64,000 nt of DNA, from contig JAKMXF010000301.1 in NCBI GenBank assembly GCA_024704765.1, positions 410,292 through 474,291 of the forward strand. The letters run 5' to 3'. This DNA is from Oopsacas minuta (taxonomy: Eukaryota; Animalia; Porifera). Both the position numbers and the translations under genes were made by a program. Of this stretch, positions 1 to 11,800 are shown in pieces (position 1 is the stretch's first letter; every line of letters begins with the position of its first letter). The notes under the pieces were generated by a model. The model was not told the origin of the DNA. It worked only from the letters and a program-made list of their open reading frames with translations, and did no database searches.

Positions 1-495
1 AGGATAATAACTGATATTATCTTGGCATTAATCTAAAACATCGAAACGTTGATTTATTTCAGATGGCCATCATGTAAGAAGATAAAAAGACAGCCACTAC
101 CATAAAATAACAGGAAAAATTTAGGAAATACATAAAAATCGTTGACTTGTAGATGGAAAAAAACTGGACGTGCTGGAAAGAATCTGAATGCAGATTTGAA
201 TTCAGCGTAAAAACTAGCTTAGAAAATGTCAATCTAATACTTGATGAGAAAATGAAATGAAATTTTGTTGACCCGTGTTATATTATTTAATAAAGAACCA
301 GAAGAGAACATTTTATTATGGTATGCCCATACACCAGTGTGCACACGTGCACATCAATATGTTGGTGTACACGCGATTACACTGGTGTGCACGCGTGCAC
401 GTCCATAAACTGAAACATTACTGCCACAACTTAGAAATTCATTTAATGAAAACATGAAAGTATAAGAATGACAACATAGAAATTTTGGCCAGAAG

Positions 496-2161
496 TTACT
501 CTAGAAAAATTTGAAATCTACTCTGAACCGTAGAACGACAAACTGGACAGGGTTGTTCCAATTCTTCAAGCTACAAAGGCATGAAAATCCAAGTAGTTAT
601 ACGAAGTGTTAGACATACAACCAGTAGCGTAGCACTGCTTCAAAAGTGGTCCGGCTAGAAATAGAAACAAATCTTGGTTGTATGGTCCAATAAATGTACT
701 GTTAAAATATTGGGAAGTAATTAATGAAAATATAAAGTAGTCTCATAGTAGAAACTCTAGATTACATGTCCTGTTTTGAAAACGTACCAAAAACAGTCAT
801 CGGTGTTCAGTGCTCGAAATTGAATGACCAACAAAGTAAATATAAATGATTAACATGGTTAGAAAACTATTTCCATACTTTGGATTCAATAGTGCGAAGT
901 AATTATTCAGTAAAACAAGAAAAGTCATGCCAGCTAAAAACCGGACAGGTTCACAATGGTCCAGTAAATTCTGCTCAAAAAGGTCCAGCCAAAGCCGGAC
1001 CTACTCCTACGTGTATGACAACTCATTTATTTTCAATTGTGTCAGTTTCATCACTTTTAACTTCAGGTTCAGAATCGCTTGAAGGAAAATAATCTTGAAA
1101 TTTTCTGTTTCCAATTGTAAGGCTGATTGATTCGAAATATTCCAAGGAGTACATTTTCCATCTCTTAAATTTGTTTTAGCAGATTTCTTTGCTCTTCAAT
1201 ATTATTCTTCTTTTTCCTTGACTGACTTATTTCTCTACCTTGGCACAACCGACCGATATCGTTATCTGTGTCTTCTATTAGCTCATTGAGTGTACTAACG
1301 AATGTCCATATTCAAGGATGACCAGTCTTAATTATCGATTTAAATTTTGAATGGTAATTCCCTGCTGAATTATTCGATGCGATATTTAGTTCATAGATTG
1401 AAAGTTCCTCTGGTTTAATTCGGGTTAACCAGCGTTTTTGAAAGTATTTCTTCAGTGTCTCGAGCTTTACCATACCTGTCTGTTATAGGGTAGGAATTTG
1501 AAGGAATCCAAAAGTGGAGTTGGTTAGTGATGAAGGGATTGCCATCAGTTATTTGATGTATTTGGTTATCTTGTGGTTAATCCTAAAACCTTGGCTAAGT
1601 CCTAGCTTTTGTGTCTTCATCCAAATCCTTTTCGCAAAATGAAACCAACAGCCAGACACATGTATATGAGGAAATACTTCTCGAATGGCATTGCCAGCAG
1701 CTGGTTCCCAGTCCGACATGGATGCTAAAGGCTTGAAATGTAAAATATTTGTATTAATAGTTTCCAATACTGCTTGGTATAAATCTTGACTCTTTCCGGT
1801 CATCAAGCAGTGAATTGCTGGTAGAGAAGGTTTCTCCACAGCTATAAATATAGTTCAAAGCTGATTGAACTGAATAGGTAGAGTGCCAAACGTCCCGTCG
1901 AACTGGATAATAGAAATTTCTGAGAGCAAGTTGCCCATTTGGTCTGAGTAGAAAACAACCCCAACATCATTTCCACACCTTACAGAGAAATTGTAATAAT
2001 CTCCAAAGGTTGTAGTTGGTAAGAAATCGCTGAATTCGGAAGCTGTCTGAGGGATTATGGGTTGTAAAGTTCTTCTCGGGCGGTAGATACACGATTCGCA
2101 TTGTAGAAATGATATATCATAGCAGAAGGATCATTTCTCGTGACATTATTGAAAATCTGTC
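496..2161 (-). pseudogene. Degenerate MULE (Mutator/Phantom-like) transposase with C-terminal RING remnant; 5' part truncated by Transib-like element 1, RING interrupted by a MITE
   Basis: Minus strand translates IIQFDGTF, PAIHCL, MSDWE, GCWFHF, HPRIWTF, then TIENK*VV / VCLTLRITTWIFMP...EQPCPVCRSTVQSRFQIFLE*, colinear with the intact ORF at 58012-59610; stops and frameshifts present. Confidence 0.9.
622..1017. mobile_element. Non-autonomous TIR element (MITE), copy A, apparent 5-bp TSD acaac
   Basis: Ends cagtagcgtag / ctacgtgtatg; body similar to 7761-8106; removing it plus one acaac restores the frame K*VVCL of the MULE RING. Confidence 0.75.
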
Positions 2162-5081
2162 CACAGTGTGGCATTATCTAGAATTAGCCAAATTTTTTGT
2201 GGTCTCATAACTATCTATAATAGTTCTAATATTGTTCAAGAGTCTGTCGAGAACACAACTATATTGTGTTTACTGTGGTACAGCTTCTATTTGTGAATTT
2301 AAATTCTCATTGTCTAATGACGTAATTTTATAAGGTTTCAAAACATTTTCCGAACTATAATTACGTTATCATAAATTCTAACAGTAGATGCAATCAAATG
2401 CCTACTTGCAAGTAATTCAATTCGCGATTCATTTATAAGTATTCCCTATCATAACTTTGAACATTAATACCTCCCAAACTTAATAGAAATTTTTGAGAGA
2501 ACTCTTTTCGAAACCCCGAAAATTACCAAATTTCGGGATGTATTTCGACATACTCAGAGGTAGATTTTTAAATGGGTACAATATGGGGCCTCTATATTTT
2601 TAACAATGTTAAAGTACTGTACCACCCTTAATTTTATACAATTTTTAGCGCCCCATTCCCCACCCATTTCGAATTTCAATCCAAATTTCCCTGAGATCGG
2701 CTGAATTTCAAACTTGTGTTATTTATCCCATTATTGATACTTACTAGACAATACTTCCTTCCACTAGTTCAATGGATAAAACATTTATTTCACAAAAAGA
2801 AGCGCACGATATTTATAAATCACATGGTTGGAATTGTTCTGGTGCAGCTCGTCAGATAATTGAAGTTCATTCCTTGTCAGATGATCTGTTTGAACTATTC
2901 GTTGGAAATTAAGAAATCTTCGAAAATCCAGAGATCATTACCAGAAGATTTACAACTTAAATGTTTGGGAGGGTATGGAGTTTTATTTAGTCACTACTTG
3001 TAACTCTGGATCACAAATGTCGATTGACACAGTCGATTCTATCCCTGAGCAGCACTCATTTATTGAAGAGAATCTAACAAAGATCAAAAAACCACTATTC
3101 AAACTCACAATGAAAGCTGCTCGAAACCGTTTGAACGTTTTGCTAAGGCATATTCAGTTCGTTGCCCAAAGGGAGCAGGTTGACGAGAAGAAAGTTGCTG
3201 CTTTAGCTCTGGAATTAATTTCTAACCAGGAATATGATCGAGAAACTTCCAGTATATGCAAAGAAATAATCGCAACAGGTACGTACGGAAATGTAAAGAA
3301 AGTTTCGACACCTATGTCAAGTTATATAATAGATCTTCTCGAAATTGGAGCATTCAAATACACACAGTTGAAGAAATTACTGAAACAAGATATCGTATTC
3401 CCATCCTATAAAGTAATATCGCAATACCGTCAAGAAATTTCTCTTTCACGAAGCGTTTTATTTGTCACTAACCCTGAAGGTAACTCTATTGGTGTATCAG
3501 TTCCTTATTTCGAAATACTCGAACTAACAATTCAACGACATCTTTTAAGCTTCGATTCCATTGTAAACAACTCACAATATCCTCTGTCAGTTCGAAATGC
3601 AGACGGTCTAGTTGGATGAGGCTCACACAATTCTTACAACCAAGTGAACTCAAATCTAGGTTTAGATACACACAGTATTATTCTATTCGGATTTAAAATT
3701 CTCAGTATAGCAGATAACACAGGTTTCTCATTATACGTCAATACTTCCACCAATTCACCTTTTTCATTCAGAGCAGTCTGCTTAATTGCGTTGAAGGAAA
3801 ATCACAAAAACGTTAAATTTATTATGGATACACTCGTAAATCCCGCAACTAAATTAATTGTAGAACAAGGAATTGCAGTTGAGAATCGTCACATAAATGT
3901 AGAAATTATTCGATCTATATTTGATACCAAAACGACAGGTCTATTAGATGAAGCGGGTGGTGCATCATGTCATCTTTGCACGGCCACAGGAAAGGAAATC
4001 AATAGTTTAGAGTGGGCCAGATCAGGTTTTCCAATTAATAGATACATTACTGATGCTAATCAACTATTTGACGATATTAATGAGGACGAAATATTTGCCC
4101 TACCTTCCAAAAAACGCTGTGGCATTACCCACCACCCTACTTCCGAAATAAACATTTTAGCAGCTTCTCCATTGCATGCGTATCTCTGTGTCTTTAGGTG
4201 GTACATGTTAAACATATATCACTTAGACGCAGGTTGTAAAAAGTGGTCACCTACATGCACAAAAGTACAGGATTCTTTGAAACGAATAAGATCAATTATA
4301 GATGCCAAATGTAGTATCAAAATCGATATTCCTTCTAGTCAAGGGGGGACTTCAACAACTGGTAATGTTGCACGAGACTGTTTCCGAGATAAAAGATTTC
4401 TTCAGATGCGCTACCTCCACTATTAACCCAGTTGATAAACCAACCCTTAAAATGATTCAAAACAACCTCTCGGTGATTTTGAGGATAGTTAACAGCAAAG
4501 ACCACATTAATTGTCACGGTCTTGAAAATCTTTGCAAGGAAACGTATAAATTGTTTTGAATCACTTTCCTTGGGTAAGCATCTCTCCCTCTCTTCATAAA
4601 CTGCTTGCTCATTGTTTTCAAATAATTTATTGCTATAATCATGGTTATGGACTACAAAACCTTTCTGAAGAATGCTTAGAGGCTTGCAATAAGTATGTCA
4701 GAAGGTATAGAGAAAATTTAGCAAGAAAAACATCCTTTTCTGACAACTTTCGTGATATTTTAGTCAGACTTTTGTGCTTCAGTGACCCTGTATTGGTTTT
4801 AAATCGTCACAAAAGTATTAGAAAGGCTAAATCAAACGAGATAGCATGCTTGAAACATCTGAACAGGATACCCTTGATGAATCCCTGATAATCTTTTCAA
4901 ATTATGAATTAGTGATTTTAGTGATGACGTCATCCTCACATATTTTGAGTGAGATAATTAAAATTTGACTTGTCCAGTGAAATGTACGGGGTCGATTTCA
5001 TATATAAATATAATACAAATCTTATCGATTTGAAGTTACAATTTGGCTAATCCCTCATTTTCGCCTTTTTGCCACACTGTG
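2162..5081 (+). mobile_element. Transib/RAG1-like DNA transposon, copy 1
   Basis: Inverted ends cacagtgtggca...attagccaaatt at 2162 and at 5081 (reverse complement) enclosing a RAG1-core-like ORF; TSD not matched (ctgtc vs atata). Confidence 0.85.
2772..4888 (+). pseudogene. Transib/RAG1-core-like DDE transposase, disrupted
   Basis: ORF pieces 2975-3619, 3644-4426, 4302-4559, 4556-4888 join into ADGLVG*GSH..YNQ, NSPFSFRAVCL, IFDTK, SCHLC, SPLH, GTSTTGNVAR, LHKLLAH, LSEECLEACNK; these match the Transib/RAG1 motif order (D, D, C2, H2, E). Confidence 0.88.
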
Positions 5082-5097
5082 ATATAACCTCCGTTTC

Positions 5098-5716
5098 CTT
5101 AGTGTAGAAAAGATACATTTGGCATGGATAAATGTATTGCATAATTGTAGACTTTTATGAATATTCAATTGTAACTCGAGAATCATTAAAATTATGCGAA
5201 AATCAGAATAGTAAAGTTATGCTATTAACTCGACTTCTCATACCCTTATAATACATTTGATATGAATCTCGCACCAATGTGACGATGGCTATATATGATC
5301 ATTTTAAAATTCTGGAATACTCAGAAATTATTTCTTATCAAAATGTATCACAAGGGTAGAGTAGTCGGGTATGATTTACCGTTGCTTTCACGATTCTTGA
5401 GTTATAATTGGAGATTCAAAACAATTATCATCCATGGTCTCTAACGTAAATCAACAACGAGCCAACTTCGAATGACAATTTTTGACATTTTGTAAAAAAT
5501 TTCTAATAATCATTCATTTCTTCACTTTGAGTTGATAAATGCAATATTTAACGTTCTATGAGGCATCAACGAATAACATATTAAGCTAAATAAATGCTTA
5601 CTAGTCACATAATTTGAAGCACCCCTGAAAATGTTTAGCATTTATTGGTGAAAATTGTTGTTCTACAAATAAGCAATACATTTATTCAGGCAAAATGCCC
5701 CTTTTCTACACTAAAG
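5098..5716. mobile_element. Putative MITE with ttagtgtagaaaag TIRs
   Basis: ttagtgtagaaaag near 5099 and cttttctacactaa near 5701; non-coding interior; TSD not established. Confidence 0.45.
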
Positions 5717-6392
5717 ATACCATGTATATAAATGCTTTCAGCTAATAGTGCATCCCTGGTAGTTCTACTATTAGGGAATATATTTAGTGGGGTATGGTAT
5801 ACATGTCTATGTTATACATACTTGTGAACTTTCCCGGGACCCTGGATAATCCTGGGCTTGGAAATGATATGAAAGGAGAAAAAATCACTAAATCCAGGGA
5901 AAAGATAAGAAATTTTGATTTCATTTGAATATATAATAATTTAGTTTAGAAGGTAAACATTGAAACACAGGGATTTGGGGATAAATATCCAGCGACTTTG
6001 AAAGGGTTGATAAGCATCATATTATTTAGTCAATGTAGCTGTGTATGTTTAAAATTTGATTAAAGAAATTGGAAGATGCCAAAGACTGATACGGACAAGT
6101 CTTAAGAGGGAAATTCACACTTATGACGAAATTATGACGTATTTGTCACCTATTAGGATTTTCGTAAATCACAATAATTACGACTGCTTAACAATATACA
6201 ATTTGCTATACCATAGCCGAAATTCTAACATTAATTTAAAAGAGAAATATCTCTATTCTTTTTAAATTAAATGTTTATTTAAATTAAAAACTAGTAAAAT
6301 TGAATATGTATTACTAAGCACCCTTCAATCTTTGAGGGGGAATCTAATCGATATCTAACTCTAGGAAGAAAAACAGGAGATTGAATTACAAT

Positions 6393-7268
6393 TTAGACAT
6401 AAACTAGACAGAGAACAGAGAAATAGGTACCTGAAAATAAATTATCCACTCCAAAAGGGTGAATACTGAGATTAGCTTTTGGAGTTGAATGCAATTGTTT
6501 CGTCAACAAACTAGGAATTGAGTGAAAATTAAGAGAGCAGCTTGTGGTATCATAAAACCCTTGAATAACGGGTAAGATCCATGGATTGGATAAATTTTCA
6601 TCATACTGAAATAGTTCGTCGAGCATTGATTTGTTCCAAAAGAAACGATCATCCAAATTTTTCCATGAAAAAGGCCCATGGAAAAATTGTCTCTGGAGAC
6701 TATTTGTAAGATCACAATCAAGAGAATAGTAAAAGTTTGAATCATTAAACATCCTCACAAATGTCTCACAAAATTTACCTTCAAGTTTTTCACGACGAGT
6801 ATTTTCTTTATGTCTAGTTTTGTCTTGATCGGAATCAGAACATGATGGTAATGTCGATGGTGTATCGGAACTCAATGGCGATGTTTTTGAATGCATAAAT
6901 TCCTTAAGAACATTTTGAAAATCTGATCGCCTAATCGTAGATGGTAGATCAAAATCGAATGATTCTACATGAACATTTTGTATTAATGGTATCAACGCGA
7001 CTTTATCTATACGATAAATTGAAGAATCTGAAAAATTGGACATCTGAGAATGTTTTGTAATTACAACCATATACCAATCACCGTCATGAAAAAACCGAAT
7101 TCTACCAACGAATCCATAAATATAACCAATGCATACTATGGGATCTGGAGACAAACTAAACGCATTTTCTTTTGGGATTATATTTCCACTGCCTGAATTT
7201 CTGTCACACCAGAGTGAAAAATCTCTTTGTTTGATAACAAAGTCTGTAGGAGTGAGAAGTAGTTCCAT
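6393..7268 (-). CDS. INPP5F: N-terminal part of phosphatidylinositide phosphatase SAC2/INPP5F-like protein (first exon or truncated copy)
   Basis: MELLL...LWCDR...CIGYIYGFVGRI and FYYSLDCDLTNSLQRQ...DDRFFWNK...WILPVIQGF resemble the INPP5F/Sac N-terminal region; ORF stops before the expected ISRRS and CX5R catalytic parts. Confidence 0.8.
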   Translation of the reverse strand: MELLLTPTDFVIKQRDFSLWCDRNSGSGNIIPKENAFSLSPDPIVCIGYIYGFVGRIRFFHDGDWYMVVITKHSQMSNFSDSSIYRIDKVALIPLIQNVHVESFDFDLPSTIRRSDFQNVLKEFMHSKTSPLSSDTPSTLPSCSDSDQDKTRHKENTRREKLEGKFCETFVRMFNDSNFYYSLDCDLTNSLQRQFFHGPFSWKNLDDRFFWNKSMLDELFQYDENLSNPWILPVIQGFYDTTSCSLNFHSIPSLLTKQLHSTPKANLSIHPFGVDNLFSGTYFSVLCLVYV

Positions 7269-7760
7269 AAAGAAATAAGAATATTCAAAAAACCAACAAT
7301 AGCTAAATATAGAAATCACTAGAAAAAACATAGTTAGATTTCGCATAGCCATAGGGACAGACGGACGGACGGACAACATGAGAGAGTACGTCCCTATATG
7401 AGGTGCCAAGAAATTTCAGATAAGTTATCGGAAAGTGATCTTGAGTGATCGCGAGCATTAATTTGGTAATTAACTAATTCCCAACTACTCAACTATATCC
7501 TCCCATTCCACTCAAATACCAAATATACTTCATACATATACGAGCCGCTTCACTGGTTCGAGAACACTGTGTTCGCGAGGGAATTAATAAATAAGTATTT
7601 CACATATTTTACTCAGTATGGCATGTTTGACACAAGGGAGATATATTTACGTCAATCCAAATAGTGAGTAAGTGCACAAATACAACAGTAAATGCATTGA
7701 AATTAACTAATTCGTCAAAATCCTTCCCCCCATGACACTATTTATTCAAAATATAACAAC

Positions 7761-8106
7761 CAGAGTGGCGTAGGACTGCTTCAAAAAGTGGTCCGGCTTG
7801 AATAGAAACAAACCTTGGTTGTTGGCCCAATAAATGTACAGATAAAACATTGGGAGGTAATAAATAAAATTATAAAGTTGTCTCATAGTAGAAACACTAG
7901 ATTGCACACACACACACACACACACACACACTAGATTACATTCACAAACGATTAACAAAGTTAGAAAAATGTTTCCATACTTTGGATACACTAGTGCGAT
8001 TTAAAATTCATCAAAACAAGAGAAGTCATGGTCCGGCTAAATGCCGGACCAGCAAATTCTGCCCAAAAAGGTCTGGTTTTGTGCCGGATCTACTCCTACG
8101 CCTATG
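7761..8106. mobile_element. MITE copy B (same family as 622-1017), containing a (CA)n tract
   Basis: ggcgtaggac... / ...tcctacgcctatg inverted ends; long shared blocks with 622-1017. Confidence 0.8.
7906..7931. repeat. (CA)n microsatellite
   Basis: Direct reading. Confidence 0.95.
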
Positions 8107-8855
8107 AACTATCAATTTCTACAGAAATATTTCCCCTTAACAACGTCAGACATGCCATTAGAGAGTTGTTTGGATGCATGGCTCCCTTGTTGTTAGTTGG
8201 TGTATTTTGAACAGATAATGGACATCCGTAGGAGGAAAATTTCGAATTTGTTTATTAAATTGCGTTTACTGTTGCTTTTGAGCACATAATCCACTATTTG
8301 ATTGAGGTGAAGAATTTTCCCTTGTATCTATACCAAGCATGTCATTATGAAGTAATTCGATATTGTTCATTGCCAAAATATCCTAGAAATTGATCCATTA
8401 AATATTTCATATGCATTAATTCCCTTGTCCTCGCCAAGGAGTAATATTTAGGGCTTACAATCCCGGGATCCAGGTCAATTTTACCTCCGGGAATAAATCC
8501 CGGGATTTGTTTTCTTAATCCCAATCCCGATTTCCAATCCCGGGATATTTTCTCAATCCCGGATTCCGAACTTAATTGCAATAGCATATATTTTTAGTCA
8601 AAGAATGGGACAGGTTTGCTCGTATGATTGCAAAGAAGGTTTCCTGGAGTCTAGACAAACAATATAGATTAGTGGTAACTTTTTATCAACATATTTTGGA
8701 TTCAGTGTTCAATGAATCAATGATAATCTTTGTGTTCGTAGTTGTCAGAAATTTATAGTTTAGCAAACAATGACTTGAAGATTCCATATATATTATGCCC
8801 AATAGTATTATAGAATTCGATAACTAAGAAATTTTCTACAAATTCTACATTCTAT

Positions 8856-11800
8856 GTGTTTATGGCTGAAAGATCTAAATTTCAAAATTTCGCAGGTTCA
8901 GAAATATGGAAACATTTCCTGAAATCTGTATGTGATAAGTTGGGTCAATGTAAAGCTTGTAACAAAACATTGAAGTGTGACGGTGGTTCTACAAAAGGAT
9001 CGCACGTGCATCTCAAATCAGCGCATCAAATCGATATACTTATAAAGCGCAAAAATAACCAAACTGAACGACACTCAAACCAAACGTTCTAAAATTCAGG
9101 CTATCAACAAATTTATAAGTGATGCTGCTCTATTGGCAATACTTGCAAGGTTGAAGGCATGCGATGGACTCTCTTTCAGTATACAGACACTCCCCAGGCT
9201 ACGAACGAGTTACGTTCCGGACGGACGTTCGTACCTCGAATTGTTCGCAAGTTGATAGAGTATTGTTTTGTGGTGCTGAGCACAATATATCCCTACTAAA
9301 CCATCCTCTACATCATTATACACAACAAATATGCAAGTTGATAATTGATATCTTATTGAAAGACACAAAAATAAAATATTTTAAAACACAGAACATATTC
9401 ACATACAGGATACACTACAGTAGGCTATATTTAAGTGTTACAACGGTCCATCAACATCGGAGGGATCATATAATGAAGAGGGCAGTGGAGATGAAACACA
9501 TATGTTTGAAGGCATTGCCTCTACATTTTCAAGGAGATTTTCCACCACCGATTTGATGTTTTCACGAGGATCATCACGCTTCTTGAAGAATTGGCCTAAG
9601 GAGGTTTGCGTTGTCTTTCTTTTCTTTTCATTGTAGATGATGCGATAACATTGGAAGGAATCGCGGACACTTGTTGCTACTTTTGAAAATCTCTCATCAT
9701 TTGGATCCTGATTCTCGAAAATAGCGAGAGCTTCCTCGATAAGACTAAACCCCTCGGCCATCATCTTTGTATCAAATTTCTTTATAGGAAGAATCTCTTC
9801 CTCGTCTTCTTGTTCGGATTGTCTTTGCATGGCTTCCAATTCCATTAGTTCCTCATTTGTCAATTCCTGTGAATGTGACTCAAACAGCTCTTCGAAGTCC
9901 TCTTCATCCAGGTCAATGTCAAGCTTTTAAAATATTTCAACAAGGTTTTCAAGGATTTTCTTGTCCTCTTCTTGTTGAATCCTTGAAAATTGTTGACAAA
10001 CTGTGGGCACAAAAACTTCCAAACACCGCTCATGTTGGTCTGTGAAACTTCATGCCATGCAGCATCAATGTGTTTGACGCACATGTAGATGTTAAATGTC
10101 TTCCAAAAGTCACTTAAGGTCGTATTATGATCATCTTCCACTGCCTTCAATGCTTGGCTGAAGGTACGACGTGTGTAATATTTCTTAAAATTTGCAATAA
10201 CACCTTGATCCATTGGTTGAAGGAGTGAAGTTGTGTTAGGGGGAAGGTAAACAACTTTCACATCAGGGTAAAAATCATCCAAATGTGGAGGATGACCAGG
10301 TGCGTTATCTAAAAGCAGGAGGATCTTGAAAGGGATTTCCATTTTCCAGCAATACAGCTTGACCTCGGGAATGAAGTGGTTGAGAAACCAGTCCTCGAAT
10401 ACAACGAGTGTCACCCAGGCCTTTGTATTAGACTTCCAAATTACAGGAAGTGAATTTTTCGTAAGATTCTTGAATGCTCGTGGATTCTCAGCTCGGTAGA
10501 CTAATAGTGGTTTAAGCTTGAAGTCTCCTGATGTATTGCCGTCCAACATCAAGGTTAACCTATCCTTCGCAGCCTTAAAGCCTGGCATCGTCTTCTCTTC
10601 ACGGCTAATATACGTTTTCTGAGGCATTTGTTTCCAGAAAAGACCAGTCTTGTCCACATTGAAAATTTGCTGAGGAGCATAACCACTGGCATTGATGATA
10701 TCTTCCAAGATAACTGGAAATTTCTCGGCAGCCACTTTGTCGGCACTTGCTGTTTCACCCAATACAGTAACACGATGCAAGTTTGTTCGTTTCTTGAAGC
10801 GTTGGAACCATCCATGCTTGCAGCAAAAGTCTCCTCTTCTGCACTTTCACCAGTTTTAGCCTTAAAATCTTCAAGAATTGACTTAGCCTTCTCCTGAATC
10901 AGCATGAGGCTAAGTCCTACATGACGCTGCCACTGGTGCTCCATCCAAAGACCGAGAAGCTTTTCCATTTCTTCTAATAGTTTACTCCTCTTCTTGCTAA
11001 TAATAGTAGACTGCATAGGCATGCACTCTTCACGTGTTCCATAACACGATCATTGCATTTGTATATCGTACCAATGGTGGAACGATTCATATTGTAAGCG
11101 CGGGCTACATTCACCATTTTTTGCCACTCTCTAGCTTTTTTATTATTGCCACTTTTGTTTCCATCGAGATAGCATGACGTTTATTAGCATTACCACTAGC
11201 ATCACTTGCCTTACGCTTCTTACTATCCATTCTGAGTAAACGATGCCTCAAATATTTGACAAAGATCAATGCCGTATATTTTCTTCTAAAATATACAATA
11301 GTTACAAAAATACAATGGGCCTACTTCTATACAATAGTTCCTAAACCCGCAAAACGAATTTTTCATAAAAATGCATTGCTGCTTTGTAAGGTGAATGCCT
11401 ATTGTTTAATCATAATGAAGCTGCACTGTCGTAGCTATTTTTAATTGTGTATTTTCTATGTGATACAGCCCTGTGCGCGTTTGGTAGTGACCACAAGTTT
11501 GTAGTTTACTGTACACAGTGAATAAATATGAAAATAACTATTTTGTTCGTATGTCGGGGAGTGTCTGTATTTATTACATCACAGGACCCTAGAAAATCTT
11601 TAACTGCCCTCGATCATACATTACCAAAATCTGTAACTTCTATTAGAGAGCAAATTATGAAATATGGACTACATGTAACTGAAACAATAAAACAAGTTTT
11701 GATCCTGAAAAAATCAAATGGTGAAAAGTTCAGCATTAGCCTAGATGAATGGACATCGATGCAAAATAGGCGGTATTTGAATCTTGATGTTCACGGAGTT

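Noticed and set aside
6393-7409. 338-aa ORF start at 7409
   Set aside because: The first 47 codons have no Sac similarity; homology begins at MELLL (7268)
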